Shown here piece by piece: positions 1 through 7,855 of a stretch of DNA of 20,000 nt; the stretch's first letter is position 1, and every line of letters begins with the position of its first letter. Location of the stretch: positions 181,151 through 201,150 of the forward strand of contig CAXXQE010000001.1 of NCBI GenBank assembly GCA_963665615.2. Reading direction: 5' to 3'. The position numbers and the translations under genes were made by a program. Under the pieces are notes generated by a model that made no database searches, was not told where the DNA came from, and worked only from the letters and a program-made list of their open reading frames with translations. This DNA is from Syntrophales bacterium (GTDB taxonomy: Bacteria > Desulfobacterota > Syntrophia > Syntrophales > UBA4778).

Positions 1-114
1 AGGGGTGCGGATGCGCTGACAACGCCAGTTCACGGGTGGCATTCATTAGTTCTGCGATTGCGGTGGCGATGCACTGGGATCTGGAACAATCTGAACCGCT
101 TGGCAAAGGTTGCA

Positions 115-3100
115 TTAATTCCGATGAACACCCAGTTTTCTCATCCGAAAAGATAAGGTAGACGGTGGAACGCCCAGCAGTTTTGCGGCGCCTTTGGGGC
201 CGGAGATTTTCCAATTCGTTTTGATCAGGGTCCTCAGGATATGCTTTCGTTCATTTTCTGCGAGCGTGCAATCCCCTTCCGATCCATTGTCTGAGTCCTG
301 CGCATCAATATCCGTAATCCGAAATGATTGCCCCCGACTCAAGATAATGCTCCGCTCTATGATATTTTCCAGCTCGCGCACATTTCCCGGCCAGTGATAT
401 TGGATCAGTTTGTCCATCTCCTGCTTGGGAATGATTTTTATTTCTTTCCCCTGTTTTTTGGCATGGATGTTGAGAAAGTGATGCGCCAGCAGGGGCACGT
501 CTTCCCTCCTGTCCCTCAACGCAGGAACCTGAATGGGGAAAGCACTCAGGCGGTAATAGAGATCTTCCCGAAAATTGCCTTCCCTGACTTCCTGGGCGAG
601 GGGACGGTTCGTGGCAGTTATCAGCCGAAAATTGGAAGTGAGATGCGTTGACCCGCCGACTCTTTCAAACTGCCGTGTCTGCAATACACGGAGAAGCTGG
701 ATTTGAATCTCTTCCGGGATATCCCCGATTTCATCCAGAAAGAGCGTTCCGCCGTCAGCCAGCTCAAAGCGGCCGATGCGGCGCTGGGTTGCACCGGTAA
801 AGGCGCCTTTTTCATGACCGAATAATTCGCTGGGGATGAGATTGCCGGTCAATGCGCTCAGCTGGACACTGATGAACGGTTTGTCTCTGCGCTGGCTCAA
901 CCGATGGATGGCCCGGGCGACGAGTTCCTTGCCGACGCCGGTCTCTCCCTGGATCAGAACGGTCGCATCTGTTTCGGCCACCTGGGTGATCTGCGTGATC
1001 ACCTTTTGCATCGCCCGGCTGTTCCCCACAATATTATCGAAATGCAACTGGGCCGAGTGCTCCTCTTCGTAATACTTCTTTTCTTCCTGAAGCTTCTGGT
1101 TCAGGGCATGGATCTCTTCATAGGCATTTGCGTTGTCGAGCGCAATGGCGGCCAGTGCGACGACATACGAGAGGATTTCAAGATCCTCTTCCTTGAAGGC
1201 GCTGCTCAGGAGCCGGTTGTCGTGGTACAGCACCCCGATGATCTTGTCCCGAAAGACCATGGGGACGCAGATCATGGAACGGATGCGCTGGGATGGTGAT
1301 CGGGGCTCGTTTTCTCCGGTCTGGGGACTGCGGATGAGCCCCTGGCGCGACTTGATGGCTTCCTTGATCAGGTCCAGTGAAGTGCTGAAGTCCGGATGCG
1401 CCACTTCGGCGGCCGTCAGGTTCTTCGATGCGCGAAGCTGGAGGTCTGCTGCGTTGGTTTCATTCTCCTCGATCAGAAAAATGGCGCCGCGTTCCGCTCC
1501 CGTCAACTGATTGATGACCGTGATGATGTGCTGCATCATCTGCATCAGTTCACGGTTATCGCGTACGTGGACGATATCGCGCCCCAGTTCCAGCATCTTT
1601 TTGAGGAGGACTTCCTTGTCCTTCGCGGGAGGCGGCGCGAGTTGCCTGAGCTCATGCGGAATCAGGTCCAGATTCAGGTCCGTATTCAGAAGGGACAGAT
1701 CCTTGTAGGCCCGGCGGGTCAGGACACCGGCCTTCGCGTCTTCGCCCTGGGCGACAAAGTAGCGCGCGAACTCGACCCTTGAACGGATAGACTCAATGAC
1801 ATGCCCCGACAGGGACAGCCATCGGATCGAGTCTCTGAACGACGCCATCACCTGCTGCCGTGGCGCGTCCTTTCTGGACAACAGAAACGCATGGTGCCGA
1901 TAGGCAATTCCTTTCAGATAGATGTTCTGCGCCTGAATGCTCTTTTCAACCTCCTGCTCCATGGACAGCCCCCCCGCGCGGGGCATCTCTCCTATCTCCA
2001 TGGCGTGGAGCAATTCCAGCACGTAGGGATAGGGTGCGATAGCGTCCACCTCCCGGCTGTTTTTCAGGAATCGGTTCAGATAGGTCAGGGCCTGCTTGTG
2101 CTCCCCTTTGCATTGATGCGCGAAGGCCATCGTAATCTGGGAGACGAGCCAGACCCACCGGTTGTTCGTTTCCTTTGCCAGCTTGATCGCATCCTGGATG
2201 TATGTCATCGCCTCATCGATCCGTCTCATCGTCAGCATGATCTCGCCCAGCGTTGCCAGCGCATTGCTGGCCAGATAGCGGTCGCCTCTTTTGAGGCAAT
2301 GATCGCCAATGGCGTCGATGATCCCGAGTCCCTGCGTGATCTGGCCGATCTGCGCATAGCAGTAGCCCACCATCATGAGGCACAGCAGCGGGAAGTGCAG
2401 ATTGGGGTAATCGGAAATGCTGGGCGACGTTCTTTCATGGTTGAGGACCGCCTCCCTGAATTTCCCCTGCCAGTAGAGAAAAAAGGTGCTGAACGGGTCA
2501 ATGGCGCGACGGAACTGCTGATCTTCCAGGCCTTCGGCGATCTGCCAGCCGCGTTCAAAATGGACGATGGCTTGATCGTAATGCGCCCTTAACCATTCAT
2601 TGCTGGCAATGTGCATTTCCAACAGGGATTGCGCGGAAAGATGGCCCTGTTTGCTGGCCCTTGTCAGCGCTTCCGTCAAGGTGGCCAGGACCTTGGCGGT
2701 TTCGTGTTGCGCTGTGGAGGTCTTGGCGTATTGAATGGCTGTTTCGGAAAAGAGGCGGTCCGATTCAGGGTCGTGAGAGTTTTTCAGATCCTTCAGGATC
2801 TTGGAGTAGCATTGCAGGGCCTGCTCATTCTGAAACGAGGACCGAAAAGCATCTCCTGCCTTCAATAAAAATCGGCAATAGGTCAGATCGTTATTAACCT
2901 GCAGAAGATGCTGGGATACCGTTTTTAATTTTTCATCCGTTTCAGGAAATTCCTGGATCAGGATATCGGCGATCTTTCGATGCAGGGTTTCTCTTTCGTC
3001 CGGCCGTACGTCCTTTCTGAACTCGGTCTGGCTGGCTTTATCTTTAAACACATAGACTCCCGGCCGGGGCGATACAAGCATTTCCTTATCGATCAAGGCC

Positions 3101-3252
3101 TGAAGCTCGGCGATGACGATGCTGGCCCGGCTTCTCGACAGCTCAATGAGCCAGTCGATCATGAACTCGCCTTCGAAGAGCGAGGCCAGGGCTATAATTC
3201 TATCAGGGTTCTGCCCGGATTCGATCGGGGGGAACGTCGTCTGGTAAGACAT
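115..3252 (-). CDS. Sigma-54-dependent transcriptional activator (bEBP), 1045 aa: helical/TPR-like N-terminus, GAF, AAA+, Fis-type HTH
   Basis: Walker A GETGVGKE, ELFGHEKGAFTGA, Walker B LFLDEIG, FREDLYYRL, WPGNVRELEN and HTH GPKGAAKLLGVPPSTLSFRMRKLG. GAF segment (AERGAIFL...SMICVPM...GVLYHDN...LAAIALDNA) precedes the AAA+ domain. TPR-like helices in the N-terminal ~530 aa. Confidence 0.95.
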   Translation of the reverse strand: MSYQTTFPPIESGQNPDRIIALASLFEGEFMIDWLIELSRSRASIVIAELQALIDKEMLVSPRPGVYVFKDKASQTEFRKDVRPDERETLHRKIADILIQEFPETDEKLKTVSQHLLQVNNDLTYCRFLLKAGDAFRSSFQNEQALQCYSKILKDLKNSHDPESDRLFSETAIQYAKTSTAQHETAKVLATLTEALTRASKQGHLSAQSLLEMHIASNEWLRAHYDQAIVHFERGWQIAEGLEDQQFRRAIDPFSTFFLYWQGKFREAVLNHERTSPSISDYPNLHFPLLCLMMVGYCYAQIGQITQGLGIIDAIGDHCLKRGDRYLASNALATLGEIMLTMRRIDEAMTYIQDAIKLAKETNNRWVWLVSQITMAFAHQCKGEHKQALTYLNRFLKNSREVDAIAPYPYVLELLHAMEIGEMPRAGGLSMEQEVEKSIQAQNIYLKGIAYRHHAFLLSRKDAPRQQVMASFRDSIRWLSLSGHVIESIRSRVEFARYFVAQGEDAKAGVLTRRAYKDLSLLNTDLNLDLIPHELRQLAPPPAKDKEVLLKKMLELGRDIVHVRDNRELMQMMQHIITVINQLTGAERGAIFLIEENETNAADLQLRASKNLTAAEVAHPDFSTSLDLIKEAIKSRQGLIRSPQTGENEPRSPSQRIRSMICVPMVFRDKIIGVLYHDNRLLSSAFKEEDLEILSYVVALAAIALDNANAYEEIHALNQKLQEEKKYYEEEHSAQLHFDNIVGNSRAMQKVITQITQVAETDATVLIQGETGVGKELVARAIHRLSQRRDKPFISVQLSALTGNLIPSELFGHEKGAFTGATQRRIGRFELADGGTLFLDEIGDIPEEIQIQLLRVLQTRQFERVGGSTHLTSNFRLITATNRPLAQEVREGNFREDLYYRLSAFPIQVPALRDRREDVPLLAHHFLNIHAKKQGKEIKIIPKQEMDKLIQYHWPGNVRELENIIERSIILSRGQSFRITDIDAQDSDNGSEGDCTLAENERKHILRTLIKTNWKISGPKGAAKLLGVPPSTLSFRMRKLGVHRN

Positions 3253-3328
3253 GAATTCACATTCTATTCCTTTCAGCCATCCTCAAGTTGTTCAATATAG
3301 TTTTCTCCATTATTTGTCAATGAAAGTA

Positions 3329-3364
3329 TCAATATGTTGAGATGATGTCGCAATATATTGCGAC
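3329..3364. promoter_or_regulatory. Tandem palindromic upstream activator sites, probably for the adjacent bEBP
   Basis: Perfect 18-bp palindrome GTCGCAATATATTGCGAC (3347-3364) plus a related imperfect copy TCAATATGTTGA (3329-3340). Centres are 21 bp apart, about 80-100 bp upstream of the -24 element. Confidence 0.7.
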
Positions 3365-3435
3365 TTTTATTGGCTAATCAGAAACAAGATGATTTTAACA
3401 ACTTATTTTTATTGAATATTCTTGTAATTGTCTGG

Positions 3436-3451
3436 TGGCATCGATCTTGCT
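3436..3451 (+). promoter_or_regulatory. Sigma-54 (-24/-12) promoter for the abfD-like operon
   Basis: TGGCAT-CGATC-TTGCT, with GG at 3437-3438 and GC at 3449-3450 (exact 10-nt spacing). It lies divergent from a GAFTGA-containing bEBP. Confidence 0.88.
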
Positions 3452-3671
3452 AAAACATACAGATGAAGGGAACCAATGGCGGAAGACATGTTATTGTCTT
3501 TCGGCTCTCCGCCTGCCATTGTGTCCAGGTCGGAAACCGGGGTTACGCCGCTTGGACGCGCCTCGTTACGTGAAGGCAGGGGGATTTTAGATGCTTGACG
3601 AGCGTCATAATTAGGGATAAATCCTGAAAAGAATATTAGGGAGTTAAAGAAAAAACCAAGGAGGTTTACTT

Positions 3672-5177
3672 ATGTCATCAAACGATATTTCATTGAGACC
3701 GAAGCAGGACTATATTGAGAACCTGAAACGGATGCAGCCGAATGTCCGGTACGACGGCCAGATCATCGCGCGCGACGACAAGGCATTCGGGCCGGCGATC
3801 AACTGCGTCGGAACGACGATGGAGTTGCCGATGCTGCCGGAGTATCAGGAACTGTTCACGGTCAATTCCCACATCACCGGCAAGAAGATCACGCGCTATC
3901 TTCACATTCATCAGAGCCCTGGGGATCTGATGGCCAAACAGCAGATGGTCAGGACGAACTGCCGCCTGGCCGGCGGCTGCATGCAGCGGTGCATGGGCAT
4001 GGATGCCCTGAATGCCATCTCGGTAGCGACCTGGGAGATGGACCAGGCCCTGGGAACCTCCTATTACCCGGTCTATCTGGAGTACATGAAGAAGTATCAG
4101 GAGAATCAGTGGATCGGCAACTGCGCGCAAACGGACATCAAGGGCGACCGCAAGGCCAGACCGCATCAGCAGGCCGATCCGGACGTCTACGTCCGTTGCG
4201 TCTCACGAAACAAGGACGGCATCATCGTCAGCGGCTGCAAGACGCACATCGGCATTGCACCGGTCGCCGAGGAATTGATCGTGCTTCCGACGCGCGCCCT
4301 GACAAAGGAAGAGGATGACTGGGCTGTAGCCTTTGCGCTCCCGGCGGATACCAAGGGTGTGACGATTCTGGCCCGGTACCGCAACCCCAGAGAACGGCTT
4401 TCCGTCAAGGCGCCGATTACAACGACCGGCGACACCGTGGGCATGGTCATTTTCGATAATGTGTTCGTTCCGTGGGATCGCGTCTTCATGTGCGGCGCGA
4501 AGAAGGGCGAGTGGGAATTCGGCGGTCGCCTGGCGCTGCTCTTCGCCTTGAATCACCGCAACAGCTATTGCGGCTGCAAACCCGCGATGGTGGATATTAT
4601 CGTCGGCGCCTCGGCCCTGGCCGCGGAGTATAACGGGATCGCCAAGTCCAAGCATATCGAGATGAAGCTGGCGGAGATGCTCTCTGTCGCAGAGCTGACG
4701 TATGCGGCGGGAACCGCCAGTTCGGTCTTCGGCAAGGTCCAGCCCTGCGGCACCTGCACCCCTAATCCGGTCTACGCCAACGTGGGCAGACGCCATGCCG
4801 GCGAGAACATCTACAACGAGGATAAAGGCCTTGCGGAAATCTGCGGCGGTATTCCGGCCACCCTGCCGACAGAAGGCGATTTCATGGATCCCTATACCGG
4901 CCCGCTGCTCCGGAAATACATGATGCGCGATCCGGCCGTCTCGGCGGAGAATCAGGAGAAGCTGTGGCGGATGGTTGCCGACATTACATCGTCGGAGTAC
5001 AGCGGCCTGCTCCAGTACGCCCACCTGCACGGCGGTGGCTCCCCGGTCATGGAGGCCATTGCGCTTCTGAAGGAATACGATCTCGAGGAGAGAAAATCCC
5101 TCGTGAAGTACCTGGCCGGCATCGACAAGGACTACATCGTGAAGCCCTGGAAAGGTGCGGAAGGCAAATCACTGTAA
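3672..5177 (+). CDS. 4-hydroxybutyryl-CoA dehydratase/vinylacetyl-CoA isomerase (AbfD)-family FAD/[4Fe-4S] protein of the HpaB/AbfD superfamily, divergent active site
   Basis: GGCMQRCMGMDA (C103, C107), QTDIKGDR, VIFDNVFVPWDRVF, HRNSYCGCK (H295, C302) and C-terminal HGGGSP. Strong SD AAGGAGG upstream. Confidence 0.9.
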   Translation: MSSNDISLRPKQDYIENLKRMQPNVRYDGQIIARDDKAFGPAINCVGTTMELPMLPEYQELFTVNSHITGKKITRYLHIHQSPGDLMAKQQMVRTNCRLAGGCMQRCMGMDALNAISVATWEMDQALGTSYYPVYLEYMKKYQENQWIGNCAQTDIKGDRKARPHQQADPDVYVRCVSRNKDGIIVSGCKTHIGIAPVAEELIVLPTRALTKEEDDWAVAFALPADTKGVTILARYRNPRERLSVKAPITTTGDTVGMVIFDNVFVPWDRVFMCGAKKGEWEFGGRLALLFALNHRNSYCGCKPAMVDIIVGASALAAEYNGIAKSKHIEMKLAEMLSVAELTYAAGTASSVFGKVQPCGTCTPNPVYANVGRRHAGENIYNEDKGLAEICGGIPATLPTEGDFMDPYTGPLLRKYMMRDPAVSAENQEKLWRMVADITSSEYSGLLQYAHLHGGGSPVMEAIALLKEYDLEERKSLVKYLAGIDKDYIVKPWKGAEGKSL

Positions 5178-5187
5178 GATGATGAAA

Positions 5188-5219
5188 GGGGCGGCTCGAC
5201 CGAAGGGGAGAGCCGCCCC
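5188..5219 (+). terminator. GC-rich stem-loop after the abfD-like gene (possible terminator or mRNA-stabilising hairpin)
   Basis: GGGGCGGCTC (5188-5197) pairs with GAGCCGCCCC (5210-5219). No immediate U-tract. Confidence 0.5.
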
Positions 5220-5264
5220 CGATCAGAATATTGTTGATTTATTTTACAATATCGTGAGCTCGTA

Positions 5265-6056
5265 ATGAAGAGATTAGAAAATAAAGTTGCATTGATCACG
5301 GGCGGCTCAACAGGCATCGGCGAGGAACTCGTCCGTCGCTTAGCCGCCGAGGGCGCGCGGGTCGCCTTCTGCGCCAGAACCGTCGAAACCGGAAAGGCCG
5401 TCGAGTCGGCGCTCCAGGCGGCAGGCTGTGAAACGAGCTTTACCCCATGCGACGTCTCCGACGAGAAGGCCGTTGCCGCATGGGTGGACGGCGTTGTCGC
5501 AAAATACGGGCGGCTGGACATCGTTATTGCCAATGCAGGCGGGGCGCGTCTCAAGCCCTGGCCGGCCGAATCGGCCGATGCCTTCGACAAGACGATTCAG
5601 CTTAACTTGAACGGGATGATGTACCTGTGCAAGGCCGCCTGGCCGCACCTCATTGCTTCTGGCGGCGGCTCCGTGATTGCGATTACCTCTCTGTCGGCCT
5701 GGATGGCCGTCGGTAGCGATCAACTCGAACGCATGGGCGGCGCGCAGCCATCTCCCTCCTACCAGGCCGCCAAGGCCGCCATGGAAGGCCTGGCCGTTCA
5801 TCTCGCAGGCAGAGGCGGTGAACATAACATCCGCGTCAATGTCATCCGCCCCGGCCGCATCCTGACCGGAAAATTAGAAAACATGCTTGGCGAAGAGGGG
5901 CTCTTCTGGCCGCACTACCGAGAGATGCAGCTTCTGAAACGGCACGGCCGCAGCGAGGATATCGCACATGCCGCCGTGTTTCTCGCCTCAGATGAATCGA
6001 GCTTCATCACCGGCGCCATGCTCGACATTAACGGCGGCGCCGTTGCAAAGCTTTAG
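5265..6056 (+). CDS. Classical short-chain dehydrogenase/reductase (SDR)
   Basis: TGGSTGIG Rossmann motif, LDIVIANAG, catalytic Ser (ITSLS), YQAAK, IRVNVIRPG and C-terminal FLASDESSFITG...INGG. Confidence 0.93.
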   Translation: MKRLENKVALITGGSTGIGEELVRRLAAEGARVAFCARTVETGKAVESALQAAGCETSFTPCDVSDEKAVAAWVDGVVAKYGRLDIVIANAGGARLKPWPAESADAFDKTIQLNLNGMMYLCKAAWPHLIASGGGSVIAITSLSAWMAVGSDQLERMGGAQPSPSYQAAKAAMEGLAVHLAGRGGEHNIRVNVIRPGRILTGKLENMLGEEGLFWPHYREMQLLKRHGRSEDIAHAAVFLASDESSFITGAMLDINGGAVAKL

Positions 6057-6065
6057 GAGAACTTT

Positions 6066-7049
6066 ATGCGTGCAGCCGTCGTCAACGAGTCGCAGAAACT
6101 GGAAGTTGTTACACTGCCTGAGCCTGTTGCAGAGCCGGGTGAGTTTATCCTGAAAGTAGAGGCCTGCGGCATCTGCGGATCGGATTTAAAAGCAATTGAT
6201 AGCACGCCGCCCGGCTTCGTTATGGGACATGAATTTTCAGGGGAGATCGTTTCCCTGGGAAAAGGGGTCCAGGGTTGGCGCGAGGGACAACACGTTACGG
6301 CGTTGCCCGTTATCGGCTGCGGGCATTGTTTTTCTTGCAGCACGGACGATGTAGCCCATTGCAAGACAGTGGATACGATCGGTGTCGCCGGCAGCCCCGG
6401 AGCGTTTGCCGAGTACATTCGCGTGAGCGCCCGCGAAGCCTTTCTGCTGCCCCCCGGATTTTCCAAGGGGCAAGGCGCGCTGGTGGAACCGCTTGCCGTT
6501 GCCCTTCACGCCGTCAAAGCGGCCGAAATCCGTCCCGGCGATCAGGTCCTGATTATCGGTGCCGGGGCGATCGGACTGGCCGTGATGATGTGGGCCCGCC
6601 ACCTGGGCGCCTCCGAGATTACCGTGAGCGACCCGATGGCCCAGCGACGCGACTTGGCGGCAAAACTGGGCGCGGACCACCTCATCGATCCTGCAACTGA
6701 AAAAATCACTGGCCGATACCGGGTGGTGATTGAATGTGTCGGCATTCCCGGAATGATTGCGACGGCTATCCGCGCTGCAGCGCTTCACGGTTGCGTTGTT
6801 TTCACCGGGGCATGCCAAAAGCCGGACACCTTTGTGCCTATCGGGGCCCACATGAAGGAACTGTCCATGCGGTTTACCATTTACTACCGGCGTCAGGACT
6901 TCAGAGATACGATATCGGCGATAGAGGCCGGACATATCGATCCCACCCCGCTCATTACCGGCCGGGTCTCTCTCGATGAACTGCCAGCCGTTTTTGCAAG
7001 TTTGAAACAAGGCGCTGCGGATCACTGCAAGGTGCTGGTGGAGCCTTAA
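6066..7049 (+). CDS. Zn-dependent medium-chain alcohol dehydrogenase (threonine/butanediol/polyol dehydrogenase-like)
   Basis: CGICGSD, GHEFSG, structural-Zn motif CGHCFSC-x7-C, LVEPLAV and GAGAIG. Asp after beta-2 (VSDP) suggests NAD. SD AGGAG overlaps the SDR stop. Confidence 0.93.
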   Translation: MRAAVVNESQKLEVVTLPEPVAEPGEFILKVEACGICGSDLKAIDSTPPGFVMGHEFSGEIVSLGKGVQGWREGQHVTALPVIGCGHCFSCSTDDVAHCKTVDTIGVAGSPGAFAEYIRVSAREAFLLPPGFSKGQGALVEPLAVALHAVKAAEIRPGDQVLIIGAGAIGLAVMMWARHLGASEITVSDPMAQRRDLAAKLGADHLIDPATEKITGRYRVVIECVGIPGMIATAIRAAALHGCVVFTGACQKPDTFVPIGAHMKELSMRFTIYYRRQDFRDTISAIEAGHIDPTPLITGRVSLDELPAVFASLKQGAADHCKVLVEP

Positions 7050-7855
7050 AGTGGATCAACTGTAGAATAGTTGGCTCTCTCTCTTGCAATGATTGCGGCT
7101 CCCAGTGCTCCGATGATTTGCGGATCTTCAGGGACAAAAATCTCCTTGCCGATCCTGTCTTGAAGAGCCTTTTTCATTCCGGTGTTTCGGGCAACACCCC
7201 CGGTAAAGACAATTTGATTTTTGAAGCCTACAGCATTGCCCATGATAACCACTCGGTGAGCCATAGCGGCGTGTATGCCTGCAAGAATATTTTCTCTGCT
7301 TTCCCCTTCCGCCCTCAATGTTACCATTTCGGATTCTGCAAACACGGTGCATGTACTGCTGATCCGACACGGCGCCATACCATTCAATGAAATGGGACCG
7401 ATCTCTTCAATGCTTGCGTTCAATGCCTTCGCCATGACCTCAAGAAATCTACCTGTACCGGCGGCACATTTGTCATTCATTGCAAAGTTGGCGATGTTGC
7501 CGTTTTCGTCGATGCTTATGACTTTACTGTCCTGTCCGCCAATGTCTATTACTGTTCGCGCCTGAGGAATGACAACGTTAACGCCTTTCGCATGGCAAGA
7601 AAGCTCGGTCATCACTTCATTGGCAAATTCCACTTTTCTTCTTCCATAACCGGTTGCCACGATATATCCGATATCATTAATGGAGACCCCCGCTTTATCA
7701 AGGACCTGCTTCATGACAGCATCGGCGGCGTTTTTTACGTTTTCTCCGGTCGGCATGACATGCGAAGATATTAATTTAGTTCCGTTCAGAATGGCAGCTT
7801 TGGCTGTTGCAGCGCCGACATCAACCCCAGCCGCCAATAATGTTTTTGCCGTCAT
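7046..7855 (-). CDS. ATP-dependent acyl-CoA dehydratase/reductase activator (HgdC/HadI-type ASKHA [4Fe-4S] ATPase)
   Basis: GVDVGAATAK, TELSCHAKG, IDIGGQDSK, MNDKCAAGTGRFLE, ISSTCTVFAESE, TGGVARN and PQIIGALGAA. Start placed at ATG 7855 (ATGA overlap with the upstream stop, purine-rich SD) rather than the track's 7879. Confidence 0.93.
   Translation of the reverse strand: MTAKTLLAAGVDVGAATAKAAILNGTKLISSHVMPTGENVKNAADAVMKQVLDKAGVSINDIGYIVATGYGRRKVEFANEVMTELSCHAKGVNVVIPQARTVIDIGGQDSKVISIDENGNIANFAMNDKCAAGTGRFLEVMAKALNASIEEIGPISLNGMAPCRISSTCTVFAESEMVTLRAEGESRENILAGIHAAMAHRVVIMGNAVGFKNQIVFTGGVARNTGMKKALQDRIGKEIFVPEDPQIIGALGAAIIARERANYSTVDPL

Noticed and set aside
3526..3540. CAGGTCGGAAAC resembling the SRP RNA helix-8 motif
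   Set aside because: Lacks the GGAAGCAG side of the internal loop and the long SRP stem.
3672..5177. Annotation as 4-hydroxyphenylacetate 3-monooxygenase (hpaB) or as abfD proper
   Set aside because: Fe-S ligands and the anaerobic context argue against HpaB. The apparently missing catalytic glutamates argue against the abfD symbol.
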